A stretch of DNA of 64,000 nucleotides from a virus (taxonomy: Duplodnaviria > Caudoviricetes). The notes beneath the pieces are model-generated. The model was not told the DNA's origin and made no database searches. It worked only from the letters and a program-made list of their open reading frames with translations. Below, piece by piece: positions 45,501 to 55,375 of this stretch. The stretch spans positions 870 to 64,869 of the IMG/VR virus record IMGVR_UViG_3300011115_000183; one strand, written 5' to 3'. The position numbers and the translations under genes were made by a program. Every line of letters starts with the position of its first letter. Positions within the stretch are counted from its first letter, which is position 1.

Positions 45501-48500
45501 GACAGCAGACAGTTCTTTGCCAAAAAGTTTCCTGAGGCATATAAAAACTTGTATGAGTTTGTCAGCTACTCCATGACTAATAGGTCTTTTCAATTAGAGT
45601 TAGCCAAACTACGTCAAAGTGAAAAGCGAATTGAAGCAACGATTCTGCCTGAGAAGAAATCCATGTGGTCTGAGTTCAAGCTGAAAGTGGCTGAACTGCT
45701 TGGCGTTACAAAAGAGTTGTTCAAACGTGGCAAGCTCAACATGGAAGCTCCTATCAATTACCGGATGGAAATTGAAGCTGCGTTTGAAGACATTTTGTCA
45801 GTACCTAAAGCGGGTGAGATACAGATGAAACCATTGCCCGCTACTGGGCCAAGCAATGGTATTGAGGGTGAAAACTCTGCGTACAACCCAGACCGCAATG
45901 ACGCGCCGGACGGTAAAAGCTTTGTAAAAAAGTTGTTTACAACGGCTGAAGGCTGGAGACGAATTGCTACATGGCTTGTAGACAGGCGCACTGAAGCAAA
46001 ATACTTGTTTGATACATACTACCTTGCAGGTAAGATTTCACGGGATTTGACTGGCAAGTTCAACAACTTCTATGAATGGGCAGTCACCAGCGCGGCGTTG
46101 GGTGAGAATGAGTACATCAACCGTGTACAAGACACAGAGAACAAACTGCATAACCAAGTAATGAGTTATGCAACGCTGATTGGGCAAGATTTAAAGTCTG
46201 CGTTAAACCGCTTACATAGAATTGCTGAAGCCCGACATGAGCCAGAGCGTCGGTTTGTCAAGTGGATGCTTACCGTACCTTTGAGCCAGCAACCTCTTCT
46301 TGAACAAAACGGTATACACATCAGCCCTGCTGAACGTCGCGTGCAGATTGTTGGCGATGAGCGATATGGCATACCCGGTCTGGTTCATAAAACAGAACTG
46401 ACTGAACAACAGCTTATAGATTTGCGGGATGAATTGACTGCCCTTGCCAACACTTACGCTGATGCGTATGGAGACGGCCCCCGTGTTTCTGACAAGATTC
46501 GTGAACGCCTTAATAGACCTGCGCCTCCCGGTAAAGCTAAGCAGGGTATGCCTATAGATATTAACAACGGTGCATTCCAAGTACTGGGGCTTGAGCAGTC
46601 TGAAGTTGCTTTACGTCAGCAGCAAATTGCTGATATGAAGCAAAACAATCCTGCGGAATATAACGCTATTGAGGCGATATATGACACCATGCGTCAACTG
46701 CATAAGACCACAACAGAACTAAATAGAGAGGGCAACTACTGGTCTACGCCCGTGTCAAATCTTGTTGGGTTGTATGGATTTAAAGACTACATGCCATTCA
46801 AGGGTAAAGATCGCGGCAAGAAAACTGCTGACGACATCCTTGACTTTGACAGCCGCCGCAATGGGCGTGAGATGCAGGAATTCCAAGCGGCTATGGATGG
46901 ACGATTTAGTGTTTCTGATAACCCAATCTTGCAGAGCTTATCCGATGCCATTCGTGCAGCGGGGCGTGCGGGCCGCAAATACTACACACAGTCAATCAAA
47001 AATGCAATGGAGGATGGCATTATTCCGGGTGCTGTTACGCACTTTGAATTTTGGCAACGCAACAACATCGACATGAAGAAGTACAAGGGTGAGGATTACA
47101 TCTTTCACTACAACAAAGATGGCTCACTAGATATTCTCAAGATCACCAATCAAAAGCTGCTGAACTCTTTGCGGTATACCTACCAAGACACCAATACATT
47201 GCTTGACACTGCCAATCGAGTAACTGGCTTCTTTGGCTCGCTGCATACACGGTACAACTACAACTTTGCGCCGATGAACTTTTTGCGCGACTCGTTGTTC
47301 AACACATTCAACATTGGCGCAGACCGTGGCCCTGCTGCGGCGCTTCAGTACGCCACATCAATGGCGGCAAACATTGTTGCCAACAACGGCATAGCCAAAG
47401 CGTGGAAAGTTGCTTCCTTACATGACCGAAGCGACCCTGAGAGTAAAGCACTGCTTGCCAAAATGGTAAAAGAAGATGCCTACGTGAAGAACATGGTCGA
47501 GTACCTTGAGAACGGCTCAAAGACTTCTTACACACAAAGCTTTTCTTTAAAAAATAATTTGGAAAAGCTGGCTGAATCCACTGGCAAGTCACGCACGATT
47601 ACCAAACTGGATCAGTTCAACACACTGATGGATACATGGAACAACATGTTTGAATTCACTAGCCGCGCAGCGGTGTATGCCCAAGAGAAAGAGCGTGCCT
47701 TAAAAGAACAAATAGCGAACGGCCTCTCAACAACGCCCGGCCCCAATGGTCAGATGTCTGCGGCTGAAAAAGCAGCGGCAGTCCAAGCGGCTACGTATGC
47801 AAAAGAGATGACCAACTTTGAGCAGAAGGGCACGTACAGTCGCGGCATGGGTGCGTTGTATATGTTTATCCGTCCTTCAGCGATCAGTGCCAAACGCTCC
47901 ATTGAAGCCGTTGTACCCGCCTTCCGTAACATTGACGACGTGATAGCTGGCTTGCCCGCCAACATCCAGACTGACCCAGTAGCTGTGGCTAAGTTCCGTA
48001 CTGCCTATGCTGAGAAGCAACGCAATGCAAGGATCATGATTACTGCCCTTTCTGGTATGGGATACCTCCTGTACATGATGGCAGAGATGATGTCTCCTGA
48101 CGACGAACTGGGGCGCAATAATGTCAAGAATGACAACATGCAGCAGTGGACTCGCAACGCACGATTCCACATCCCCAACAGCGTATCTGTACCTATGGGC
48201 TTGGGTAAAGATGTAGTCTTTCAAGTACCGTGGGGTTTTGGTATGGGAGCGTTTGCAGCGTCCGGTGCGCAAGTTGCGGGCATGATTCGAGGCAATACCT
48301 CCATCAAAGACGGTATGAGCAACATTGGATTGTCAATCATGCTGGACTCATTCCTACCAATACCGATATCTAAGATTCCCCCATCTGAAGCACCGTTGGC
48401 TTTTACCATCGACTCGTTGATGCCCACTGTGATCCGTCCGTTGACTGAGTTCTTAATGAACAAAAATGGTATTGGGCAAGACATTAACAGCGCATCTGCA

Positions 48501-49097
48501 CGTAGGATGGGTGATGCGTATACGGGCGGCGACAAGATCCCTGAAATGTATAAGACGGTTGCCAAAGAGTTGTTTAAATCAGATGTGCCGGGGTTCGGTG
48601 TGGGTGGTGTACAAGTAAGCCCCAACACGTTGTACTTCTTTACAAACAGCTACCTTGATGGTATTGGCAAGCTCGCCGAGATGTCCTACAGCATGGTTGA
48701 TTTGAGTAAGGGCGCAAAAGAGTTCAACCCCAAGACTGACATACCGCTGATGGGTTCTTTCTTTGGCTCTAAGTCCAACGTGGATTCCCGTGAGTTCACT
48801 TCGGTTGAGAATCAGATAAAGAACATTCAGCGCAAGCTGAACACATTTGACACAGCAGCTCCGCTGGAAGGCATGAAGTACGACATGCAGAACCCCATGC
48901 ACAGGGACATTGTGGACATCTATAAGAACCAAATTGGGGAACTTAACAAGCTTCGGCATGAAGCGGAACAGATTCGATATGAGCAGGGGCTGACACCGAA
49001 GCAACGCGATCAAATGTTAAAAATGATTATTCTGGAAGAAAACTTAATGAAGTACCAGATGGTCTCCATGTTTAAAGCGTACGGGGTCAAGCCTTAA
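42522..49097 (+). CDS. giant internal virion / polyvalent protein with zincin-like metallopeptidase motif
   Basis: N-terminal (R)xAGYSD repeats; HELVH at about 45384; C-terminal region resembling LPD38 (N..RD, F....G, VPWGFG). Confidence 0.75.
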   Translation: MALDIEKARAAGYSDAEIVDHLSQSSTLDVNKARKAGYSDSDLLQHFKSVEPIPTPKQEAKVLPASDTSSDFMRGLSNYFPQLQELGGATEALAGVGLHKIGATDTGKSLIEGGLKTMESGKAKQVSKESDEFLKAYEKGIGTVLTDWLPYQMGAGVANVAETLGFSALGALAGTAVEPGVGTVVGAFGSALSKTMVKKGIKEAAEAVAAKEGKAAADEFVKAETKKLLTEQLEKGVLQTYSKAGAKSIGSTAGMVGQAGLHGMGEVGSRVFDEEKRRAESEGREFKPEDIDMGRVAPAVLVHGVADYFFNKIGLDSMKIGSDATKSLAMDIAKRIAVTGAKEIPAEELQTLAERYGAGLSLTDKEALNEYINTAAASVGMSVVPGGVGGARTHMAVAKTKALEEQQKAQQNTTQTTTGTQTTETAPKVDADTAALLTPATPIGQKTKPAETTPATTEVKADETTPAATEIKTDETAPPTESREATVDRLIQERTAELEELEKKREALGFAPKLRRNSSQKVREAVAAIEELEKEIGGVKQALWFLHTGKEIDKEKGQNVNEPIASAGGAGATVAGKPGAVVTTGGTTTTQSDRVVDTGTPATDTGAGKAIQPATLTDEQRMLSELKPPERIDTTPGYVATEQSGEANLKAAMELAAQYEKTADEDYQKNLAESKVNEKGKPRKIPQHEITAEMQEEYDLTREAKREEGVVIPAWNDLTSDEKDVYFDNIRQNTIEEHNTAADTLDAYRKKKSADKLNLTTEQQRFVNAYEQNRAISSKLFGVEFPAWGDLNTDDKQVYLQQIISNAGLQQDVGFAHLGAHLLQKERRMTNDQKHAVVLRMVEVQNKIEQEHKQNKEKYDKLNQASQRTSVQGLVPDAVLAHIKGNNIQGVLQFLRTSANNKFFRNIAQAIFSMKLNTQIKMIEKLPGKDLAIYDPASDTIFVTPFGASETVLMHELVHAGTIKVLNLFLTGKYKQLTPEQIDAAEQLQSIMDDSRQFFAKKFPEAYKNLYEFVSYSMTNRSFQLELAKLRQSEKRIEATILPEKKSMWSEFKLKVAELLGVTKELFKRGKLNMEAPINYRMEIEAAFEDILSVPKAGEIQMKPLPATGPSNGIEGENSAYNPDRNDAPDGKSFVKKLFTTAEGWRRIATWLVDRRTEAKYLFDTYYLAGKISRDLTGKFNNFYEWAVTSAALGENEYINRVQDTENKLHNQVMSYATLIGQDLKSALNRLHRIAEARHEPERRFVKWMLTVPLSQQPLLEQNGIHISPAERRVQIVGDERYGIPGLVHKTELTEQQLIDLRDELTALANTYADAYGDGPRVSDKIRERLNRPAPPGKAKQGMPIDINNGAFQVLGLEQSEVALRQQQIADMKQNNPAEYNAIEAIYDTMRQLHKTTTELNREGNYWSTPVSNLVGLYGFKDYMPFKGKDRGKKTADDILDFDSRRNGREMQEFQAAMDGRFSVSDNPILQSLSDAIRAAGRAGRKYYTQSIKNAMEDGIIPGAVTHFEFWQRNNIDMKKYKGEDYIFHYNKDGSLDILKITNQKLLNSLRYTYQDTNTLLDTANRVTGFFGSLHTRYNYNFAPMNFLRDSLFNTFNIGADRGPAAALQYATSMAANIVANNGIAKAWKVASLHDRSDPESKALLAKMVKEDAYVKNMVEYLENGSKTSYTQSFSLKNNLEKLAESTGKSRTITKLDQFNTLMDTWNNMFEFTSRAAVYAQEKERALKEQIANGLSTTPGPNGQMSAAEKAAAVQAATYAKEMTNFEQKGTYSRGMGALYMFIRPSAISAKRSIEAVVPAFRNIDDVIAGLPANIQTDPVAVAKFRTAYAEKQRNARIMITALSGMGYLLYMMAEMMSPDDELGRNNVKNDNMQQWTRNARFHIPNSVSVPMGLGKDVVFQVPWGFGMGAFAASGAQVAGMIRGNTSIKDGMSNIGLSIMLDSFLPIPISKIPPSEAPLAFTIDSLMPTVIRPLTEFLMNKNGIGQDINSASARRMGDAYTGGDKIPEMYKTVAKELFKSDVPGFGVGGVQVSPNTLYFFTNSYLDGIGKLAEMSYSMVDLSKGAKEFNPKTDIPLMGSFFGSKSNVDSREFTSVENQIKNIQRKLNTFDTAAPLEGMKYDMQNPMHRDIVDIYKNQIGELNKLRHEAEQIRYEQGLTPKQRDQMLKMIILEENLMKYQMVSMFKAYGVKP

Positions 49098-49288
49098 CGG
49101 ATGCGCCACGTGCGCACTCCGATGTGATCTTCTTTGACGACGATGTAAGACTTGACCCTAATACCGGCACGTTTTGCACTGCTGTCGATTGAGTAAATTA
49201 ACTCAGCAAAACGAAGGGTGGGGATAAAAAAACTATCCCCTACCTCCATAGCCTCAAACGGAAGCACCCAATCTGGTTCAGGAACCAT
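49094..49288 (-). CDS. small conserved protein (LPFEAMEVGDSFFIP...GVRTWRI)
   Basis: Motif common in phages; last gene of the - arm. Confidence 0.8.
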   Translation of the reverse strand: MVPEPDWVLPFEAMEVGDSFFIPTLRFAELIYSIDSSAKRAGIRVKSYIVVKEDHIGVRTWRIR

Positions 49289-52115
49289 TTAGCAGTTCAG
49301 TCGGGATCGGTGTTCTGAACCAGTACAGGTATGCTGGATCAGTACTGATGGCGCTTTTCCAACCTGTGGTCAGTCGCCCCTTCTTATCGTCGAACAGCAC
49401 CTTGCGTTCACGCATGTCTGCCTCGAACTCCCGTGCCCCAATCATGCGCTCTGACAGGTACTTCTTAAACTCAGACTTAGAGACTTGCAAAAGATTCTCT
49501 TCGCTGACGATACGCGCAACGATCTGGCCCCGTGGCTCCATTGTGGTCTTGCCATCTTTAAGCACAAGGATGTTTGCCATGTTCTTGTTGATGAAGTCAC
49601 CAAGCAGGGATTGATAGTCCGTGAAGTTGACCCGTACCACAGTCTCTCTGATGCTAATCATCTCTTGGATGACTCTGGGATAGATGCGCTCGATGTCGTA
49701 GGCCGTCAGCTTGGTCTCGTTGGCGATTGATGCCCCTGTGAAGTTCGCCGCCACAAGGTTCTGGTAGAAACGATACTCGCTGTAATTGCCAAAGTCTTTT
49801 AAGAATCTATCTTCCCAGTACTTGATCTGGTCAAGTATGTATTGGTCGCCTTCCATCATGACGTGGCGCATAAATAGGGGGCCAGCATGTCCGTAGTTAA
49901 ACCGGAACGCATCAAAGATCTTTGGCCCAAGAGTGCCATCTTTGTCAAGCATGGTTGGCTTCCTGATAGCCAGCTCAATCAGTCGGGCAGCTTCGCCATC
50001 AAGGCTCATCTTCTTAGATTCCAATATGCCATAAAGCCCGTGGTTCGATGTAAGCACGGCGATCAATGAGGCAGACATCTCATACTCCCGTTCAGCGTTG
50101 ACCGAACTCTGCATCCTGATCTTGGCCTTGCCGTGCGAGATGCCATGAATCAAACTACCCAACTCCTCAGCCTTCTTGTCGCCCACCTCATCTAGACCAA
50201 ACATAAGGTTGTGCAAACCAAGGTAGCGCCCCGTCAATCCGTTATCAGTTGCCTTGACCACGCTTAGATCCTTGGGATGCCCAAACACGCTTAGGCCACC
50301 GTACATTGCGCCTGTCTTGGCGTTGCCTGACTTGCCAGTAAGGCTCATAACCACGCCGGAAGTAGACGTAAAAGGCATCAACGGAGACCCAAACCCGCTC
50401 ATGGCAGCAAACGCATGGAGTTCAAACTCTGGGTTGTTCAAGAAATCTATTGACTCACGCCAGCGCTCTAACGTGCCGTGCTGTGTCAGGTGCTTGGCAA
50501 GCCCTTTGACGAACGGGGAAGACGGCGCATCAATGATCTCGCCTGTGTGCGTGATCTCTTTCTTGCCGATTACGAAGCTTCGCTTATCCCAATCTGGATC
50601 TGTACGCTCTTGCGTCCATCCCATCTGCATACGCATCAAAAGTGCTTTGTCAGTTGTTTGCATGAATTGTCCCCATTTAACGATGTAGTTCATAAGATGT
50701 TGGTCATGTGCTGAGTTAAAGAAAACGCCATTGCTCGACATGATGGCCTTGAAGGCTTCCTTGGCATAGACATGCTTCATTGGAAGTAAAAACTCACGAT
50801 GTCCATCTTTGGGTAGTTCAAGACGCATCTGTAAGCATTCGCCGTCGTGTGGACTGACCATACGAACGACTGGGTAGAGATTGTTTGCGAGGATAAGGAT
50901 TGGATCGTCTTGGTGCTTCACACCTTTCTTGTCAACCTTGGGGGCTGGGACAAAGTAAATACCGCCGTGCTGTCCCCGCACGTAGGGCATCAGAAATTCT
51001 GGGAAATCAGAAACCGCTTGGGTATCCGATACTTCCCATACTGGTTCCTCCGTATTTGCTTTTGGGGCGGGGGTGAACTCTCTGGCAAGAGATATGGGGC
51101 TGACGATCTTGCCTCGGTGTTGACATCCTTCGCATCGCTCGGGGAAATGGGTAATGAACCATTCACAGGTGCGCGGAGCAAGAGCGCGATCTGCGAGTCC
51201 TTGGGTTTCTTCATGTGTATATCTCGGGTCAGGTTTAGATAGGATGTGGACAGCTTCTGCGCCGTCATCACAGAATTTTGCTATTGATATGATCGCGTGC
51301 CACATTGGGTTATCCAATTTGCCTGCATTGTCGTTGGCGTACTTGACTTGATTACATCCGTCCCCTGCCTTTGACTTCTCTATAAGAGTTTCATACTTCT
51401 TTGAAAAATTATCTGCTTTGAGCAACGCCTTGGTTTCTTCATCCAAGCCTTTGGGTATGCTCGCAAGAATATTCTCCATCTCAGGTGACCTAGGCTCTAC
51501 TGCTACAACCTCACCTTCCTCACCCAACAGAAATGCTTTGAACTCGTCCCAGCTATAAACATGAATCTCATCACTAATGACTGACGTAGGGCGTGGGATA
51601 CCCGTCTTGTAATTGAATGTCTCAGGACACCGCATAATTCGTGCGGCATCTGCTGTGACTACGGGGTCAATAGCAATGTGCTGTAGGCATAGCGCCTTGA
51701 ATGCTTCTGCGGCTGGCTTCCATTCATCCTTGGGGATGTCTGTATCCATAATCCAGTAAGCGTGTATCCCGCCACCTGAATCAATCACCACTGGGTCTGG
51801 TAGGTTCGCTTCCCCTTGCAGTTTGTACAACGCTACGTGGGCAGCTTCTTTACTGTCGTACTCCTTGCCTTCACCTACATCAAGATCAATGAAGAATGAT
51901 CTGACAAACAAACAATCATCTGCTTTACGGCTGTATCCTTCAAATGTCCCCAGTGCTACAAATACATCTGCATCCTTCTTTTTGAGTTTTTCAATTTCTT
52001 CAAATACGCCGTCGAGTGTCTCCGCAAACCGATTTGCCATTCTTCTTTGATGCAAACCACTAACACAGTAGACACCCTGACTTGGCAATGCTTTCTCGTA
52101 GAATTGTTTTAACAT
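49278..52115 (-). CDS. primase-helicase (AEP-type primase plus DUF927-like helicase)
   Basis: FFIDLD, SGGGIHAYW, RIMRCP; Cys cluster; Walker A GKSGNAKT, Walker B GLDE. Confidence 0.85.
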   Translation of the reverse strand: MLKQFYEKALPSQGVYCVSGLHQRRMANRFAETLDGVFEEIEKLKKKDADVFVALGTFEGYSRKADDCLFVRSFFIDLDVGEGKEYDSKEAAHVALYKLQGEANLPDPVVIDSGGGIHAYWIMDTDIPKDEWKPAAEAFKALCLQHIAIDPVVTADAARIMRCPETFNYKTGIPRPTSVISDEIHVYSWDEFKAFLLGEEGEVVAVEPRSPEMENILASIPKGLDEETKALLKADNFSKKYETLIEKSKAGDGCNQVKYANDNAGKLDNPMWHAIISIAKFCDDGAEAVHILSKPDPRYTHEETQGLADRALAPRTCEWFITHFPERCEGCQHRGKIVSPISLAREFTPAPKANTEEPVWEVSDTQAVSDFPEFLMPYVRGQHGGIYFVPAPKVDKKGVKHQDDPILILANNLYPVVRMVSPHDGECLQMRLELPKDGHREFLLPMKHVYAKEAFKAIMSSNGVFFNSAHDQHLMNYIVKWGQFMQTTDKALLMRMQMGWTQERTDPDWDKRSFVIGKKEITHTGEIIDAPSSPFVKGLAKHLTQHGTLERWRESIDFLNNPEFELHAFAAMSGFGSPLMPFTSTSGVVMSLTGKSGNAKTGAMYGGLSVFGHPKDLSVVKATDNGLTGRYLGLHNLMFGLDEVGDKKAEELGSLIHGISHGKAKIRMQSSVNAEREYEMSASLIAVLTSNHGLYGILESKKMSLDGEAARLIELAIRKPTMLDKDGTLGPKIFDAFRFNYGHAGPLFMRHVMMEGDQYILDQIKYWEDRFLKDFGNYSEYRFYQNLVAANFTGASIANETKLTAYDIERIYPRVIQEMISIRETVVRVNFTDYQSLLGDFINKNMANILVLKDGKTTMEPRGQIVARIVSEENLLQVSKSEFKKYLSERMIGAREFEADMRERKVLFDDKKGRLTTGWKSAISTDPAYLYWFRTPIPTELLNGS

Positions 52116-52129
52116 GTCTCGCCAGAGTT

Positions 52130-52154
52130 GAAAAGAGCGAGACTATGCTCGCTC
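52130..52154 (-). terminator. intrinsic terminator / attenuator upstream of primase
   Basis: GAGCGAG-CATAGT-CTCGCTC-TTTT on the - strand. Confidence 0.65.
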
Positions 52155-52182
52155 TGGTTGATGATGTCGGAGTTACCTCCGT

Positions 52183-52503
52183 TTAGTTCTTGTCGAATGA
52201 CCTCCCGACCATGTCTTCAAGATAAGCTTTCGCATGTGCATTGCTCGTCGCTGGAAGAATACCCTTTGCGGTATCGCTCTCAATCAGGTTTGTGATCGCT
52301 TCAAGCTTGAGCATATTCTTGTGTCGGATATGACCGCCACGGAACCAACTGTAGACCGTCATCCGAGTCACTTCCAACGCATATGCTACATACTTTGCGG
52401 GCAGGTTTCCCTTCACGCAGGCGTTAGCTAGGGCAATCCCTACCCTGTTTGGATTTGATTTCTCCAACTCTTCAAGAAACGGTTTACTGTATGTCCGTGG
52501 CAT
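52183..52503 (-). CDS. HTH (XRE-like) DNA-binding protein
   Basis: AKYVAYALEVTRMTVYSWFRG. Confidence 0.75.
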   Translation of the reverse strand: MPRTYSKPFLEELEKSNPNRVGIALANACVKGNLPAKYVAYALEVTRMTVYSWFRGGHIRHKNMLKLEAITNLIESDTAKGILPATSNAHAKAYLEDMVGRSFDKN

Positions 52504-52512
52504 CCTTACTCC

Positions 52513-53349
52513 TTACTTCTTAGACCATTTTTTAACAACGTCTGAGATATTTTTATCATCAGCGACGGGTTTATCAGAGGCAACCTTCGTTGGTTCTGGA
52601 ACAGATTCTGGTTGAGCGACTTCCACCTCACCAGCAACATCCACCTGATAGACATTCATCTTGACGGCGGCTTCAGCGGCAGGGCTTTTTGCCTGACGTG
52701 CAATGGTCTGCAAGTCTTCGTCTTCCACCTTGCCAGCAGGGCTGAACAGAACCTTTGGTGTAGGAGATTTCGTATCGAAGGCCATCTTGGTAATCACACG
52801 ACCTGCACTGACGTTGTGTGACGCAAGGTGCTGGATGTAAGGACGGAATGGGAATCGACCGTTGTCTTCTTTACCGAAGGAAGATGTAGCTGGCAGAACC
52901 AACTGCATCACGTCGCCAGCAGGATCGTTAGGCAACACCACGGCAGTGCGCCAAGACAGGCGGCAAGCTGTGCCAGAACCACCTTGACCAGAACCTTTGA
53001 CGGCCTTGTCGCAGTCTGCGCACTTGCTTGCTACGGGAGCCTTGACATCGGCATCGGGGGTCTCAGAGTCTGTTGACCAGCAGTTCGGGCTGATCTTCTG
53101 GCCTTCTTGATACACACCCTCGTAAAACATACGGGATGCTTTGTGTGCCATCTTCACGAAGATGACGTTCATGTGGCGGTCTTCGATCGTACCGATTTCC
53201 TTGCCGCCAGAATATTTGCGGAACACGCCGCCTTTAATTGAGATGCGTTTGTTGGAACGCGCACCGCCTGCTACGGCAAGTGTGTCTTCATCCAAGCCCT
53301 CAACGGGGGTCATTGCACCACTGAACATTGTTGCGAGATCTGTACTCAT
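52513..53349 (-). CDS. putative ssDNA-binding / annealing protein
   Basis: RISIKGG.F, PNCWS.D, CADC...GSG...ACR; acidic tail; position in the replication module. Confidence 0.6.
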   Translation of the reverse strand: MSTDLATMFSGAMTPVEGLDEDTLAVAGGARSNKRISIKGGVFRKYSGGKEIGTIEDRHMNVIFVKMAHKASRMFYEGVYQEGQKISPNCWSTDSETPDADVKAPVASKCADCDKAVKGSGQGGSGTACRLSWRTAVVLPNDPAGDVMQLVLPATSSFGKEDNGRFPFRPYIQHLASHNVSAGRVITKMAFDTKSPTPKVLFSPAGKVEDEDLQTIARQAKSPAAEAAVKMNVYQVDVAGEVEVAQPESVPEPTKVASDKPVADDKNISDVVKKWSKK

Positions 53350-53379
53350 TTGATTTTCCTTGTTTACTGAACTGACTGA

Positions 53380-53799
53380 TTAATTCGAGGGTTTACGCAC
53401 GGTGATCGTGAATTCCCTCATTACATTCACTCCGGGCGGCAAGCCATCGGCTGTGCGTTCCTTAATGAATTCCTTGAAGTTGCCCTGATGGATACGTGCT
53501 TCCAACAGGTCAACCGCCTCGTTCTCCAACACAAACTTTCTGAAGCTTTCGCCATCAGCTACGGTGAAGCGTTCGTTCAATTTGCGAATCACTGTGCCGT
53601 TGTTTGTGCGGATGCTCTTGGCATTGCTCTCGTTGCAGGTCACCATGAAATTCTGCTCAAGGACTTTCATCTCATCCTCAAGCGCCTTGTCTTGGCCTTC
53701 CCACTCAGCTTTCATCTTCTCACGTGCTGAACGTATTGTCAAGTATACCTTGACTAATTCATCCAGTTTTGTGTCTTCAATTTCATCGGCTGCGCTCAT
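53380..53799 (-). CDS. conserved replication-module protein (LVKVYLTIR...LLEARIHQ...PPG)
   Basis: Coupled to the helicase; coiled-coil N-terminus. Confidence 0.8.
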   Translation of the reverse strand: MSAADEIEDTKLDELVKVYLTIRSAREKMKAEWEGQDKALEDEMKVLEQNFMVTCNESNAKSIRTNNGTVIRKLNERFTVADGESFRKFVLENEAVDLLEARIHQGNFKEFIKERTADGLPPGVNVMREFTITVRKPSN

Positions 53800-55352
53800 A
53801 TCCCCAACTCCTGTTTGTAAAGATCGACCAACTTCTCATGTGAATCCACCTTGCCTTGAAGCATCTGGTACACCCTGCGCTCAACCTCCGCGCCCTGTAG
53901 ATGCACCACCGTCATACTGTTGACCTGCCCAACTCGGTCGATACGGGCAATACACTGTATGTACGTTTCTACGCTCATGACAGGCGACCAAAACACCACT
54001 GTGTCAGCGGCAGTCAGCGTTACCCCATGCGAGGCAGCTTGTGGCTGAATGACCAGAACACGTGGATCTTTTGCGGTTTGAAACTTGTTGATGATGTCAG
54101 ACCGCAGTTTTGCACTGACGCTTCCTTCTATGATTTCATTTATTACCCCCTGTTGATTTAAATGCCGCGCAACCAACTGGATGGTGTGGCTGTACGGTAC
54201 GAACACAATGACCTTGTTATTGGTCTCATCAATCACCTCCATCAAGGCATTGAGCCTTGGAGATACATCGAACTCAATGACTTCCCTGTCGTCTGTGTAG
54301 ACAGCGCCACCAGCGATCTGCAACAGCTTGGTGAGCTTCGCCGCCGCATTAACAGCACTGACTGTTTCCCCCACTGCCTCGATGAGCAGTTGATCTCTCA
54401 ACACCTTGTAATACTTGGCGGCTTGCGGAGACAACGGTATCTCTCTGGTCTGGTACATCACCATAGGCAGGTCAAGACACTGAGCTTTTTCAAACCGGAT
54501 GGCGGGTTGCAATGCGTTGAATACATCCTTCTGTGATGTCGCCTTGGGAACCCACTTGAACGGAGTTACTTGGTGCATGACTTTGTCACGCCACGATGTC
54601 ATGTACTTGGGTACACCAATCGGGTTGACCAACTTCGCCAACCCAAACGCATCCATCGGAGACTGCGATGCAGGTGTACCCGTCAGCATCCAAAGACGAG
54701 TCGTGGGGTTGATGAGTTTTGCCAAGGTCTTCCAACGTTTTGTAGTTACCGTTTTATATGCGTTCGCTTCGTCAATCACAATTAGGTCAAACCCTGCTTT
54801 ACCTATTTCTTCGGAAACTGTTCCCACTCCATCGAAGTTGATGATGACGAACTCGTACTCTCCGTTGATGACTTTCTTGCGCCTGTTTGCGTCGCCATAC
54901 GCCACGCCCACAGTGCGGTGCATTGCTGTTTTAAAGATGTCAGCTTGCCATGCGGAGTACATGATTGAGAGAGGGCAGATGACCAATACCCGTTTGACGA
55001 GCTTCTCTTTCATCAGGTAGTCTGCCGCCCAAATGACAGACGATGTCTTGCCTGTGCCTGCTTCATTGAAGCAGAAGGCCCGCTGTCTTAAGGCAAGGTA
55101 TGAGGCAGTAGTTTTCTGGTGGACGAATGGCGTATACATACCGGGCCAGTCGTACTCATTCGACATGGGAGATGGCGCATCCCCATAGACTTTGATGAGG
55201 CGTTGCATCTCTTTGATGCCCCAATACACCATTACTTCAGCGAACTTGCCGTCGTCTCTTAGTACTTCGCACCTTTCAATGTGCCCGACCAAGTGACCAA
55301 GTTCGTTTGACGGTATCTTCATGTGAACCGCCGTGTTATCAATGACTTGCAT
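53796..55352 (-). CDS. SNF2-family (SF2) DNA helicase
   Basis: AGTGKT, IDEA, LTGTP, HGVTLT, QCIARIDRVGQ. Confidence 0.92.
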   Translation of the reverse strand: MQVIDNTAVHMKIPSNELGHLVGHIERCEVLRDDGKFAEVMVYWGIKEMQRLIKVYGDAPSPMSNEYDWPGMYTPFVHQKTTASYLALRQRAFCFNEAGTGKTSSVIWAADYLMKEKLVKRVLVICPLSIMYSAWQADIFKTAMHRTVGVAYGDANRRKKVINGEYEFVIINFDGVGTVSEEIGKAGFDLIVIDEANAYKTVTTKRWKTLAKLINPTTRLWMLTGTPASQSPMDAFGLAKLVNPIGVPKYMTSWRDKVMHQVTPFKWVPKATSQKDVFNALQPAIRFEKAQCLDLPMVMYQTREIPLSPQAAKYYKVLRDQLLIEAVGETVSAVNAAAKLTKLLQIAGGAVYTDDREVIEFDVSPRLNALMEVIDETNNKVIVFVPYSHTIQLVARHLNQQGVINEIIEGSVSAKLRSDIINKFQTAKDPRVLVIQPQAASHGVTLTAADTVVFWSPVMSVETYIQCIARIDRVGQVNSMTVVHLQGAEVERRVYQMLQGKVDSHEKLVDLYKQELGI

Positions 55353-55375
55353 ACTTCCCTTTACTGAATGAAACT

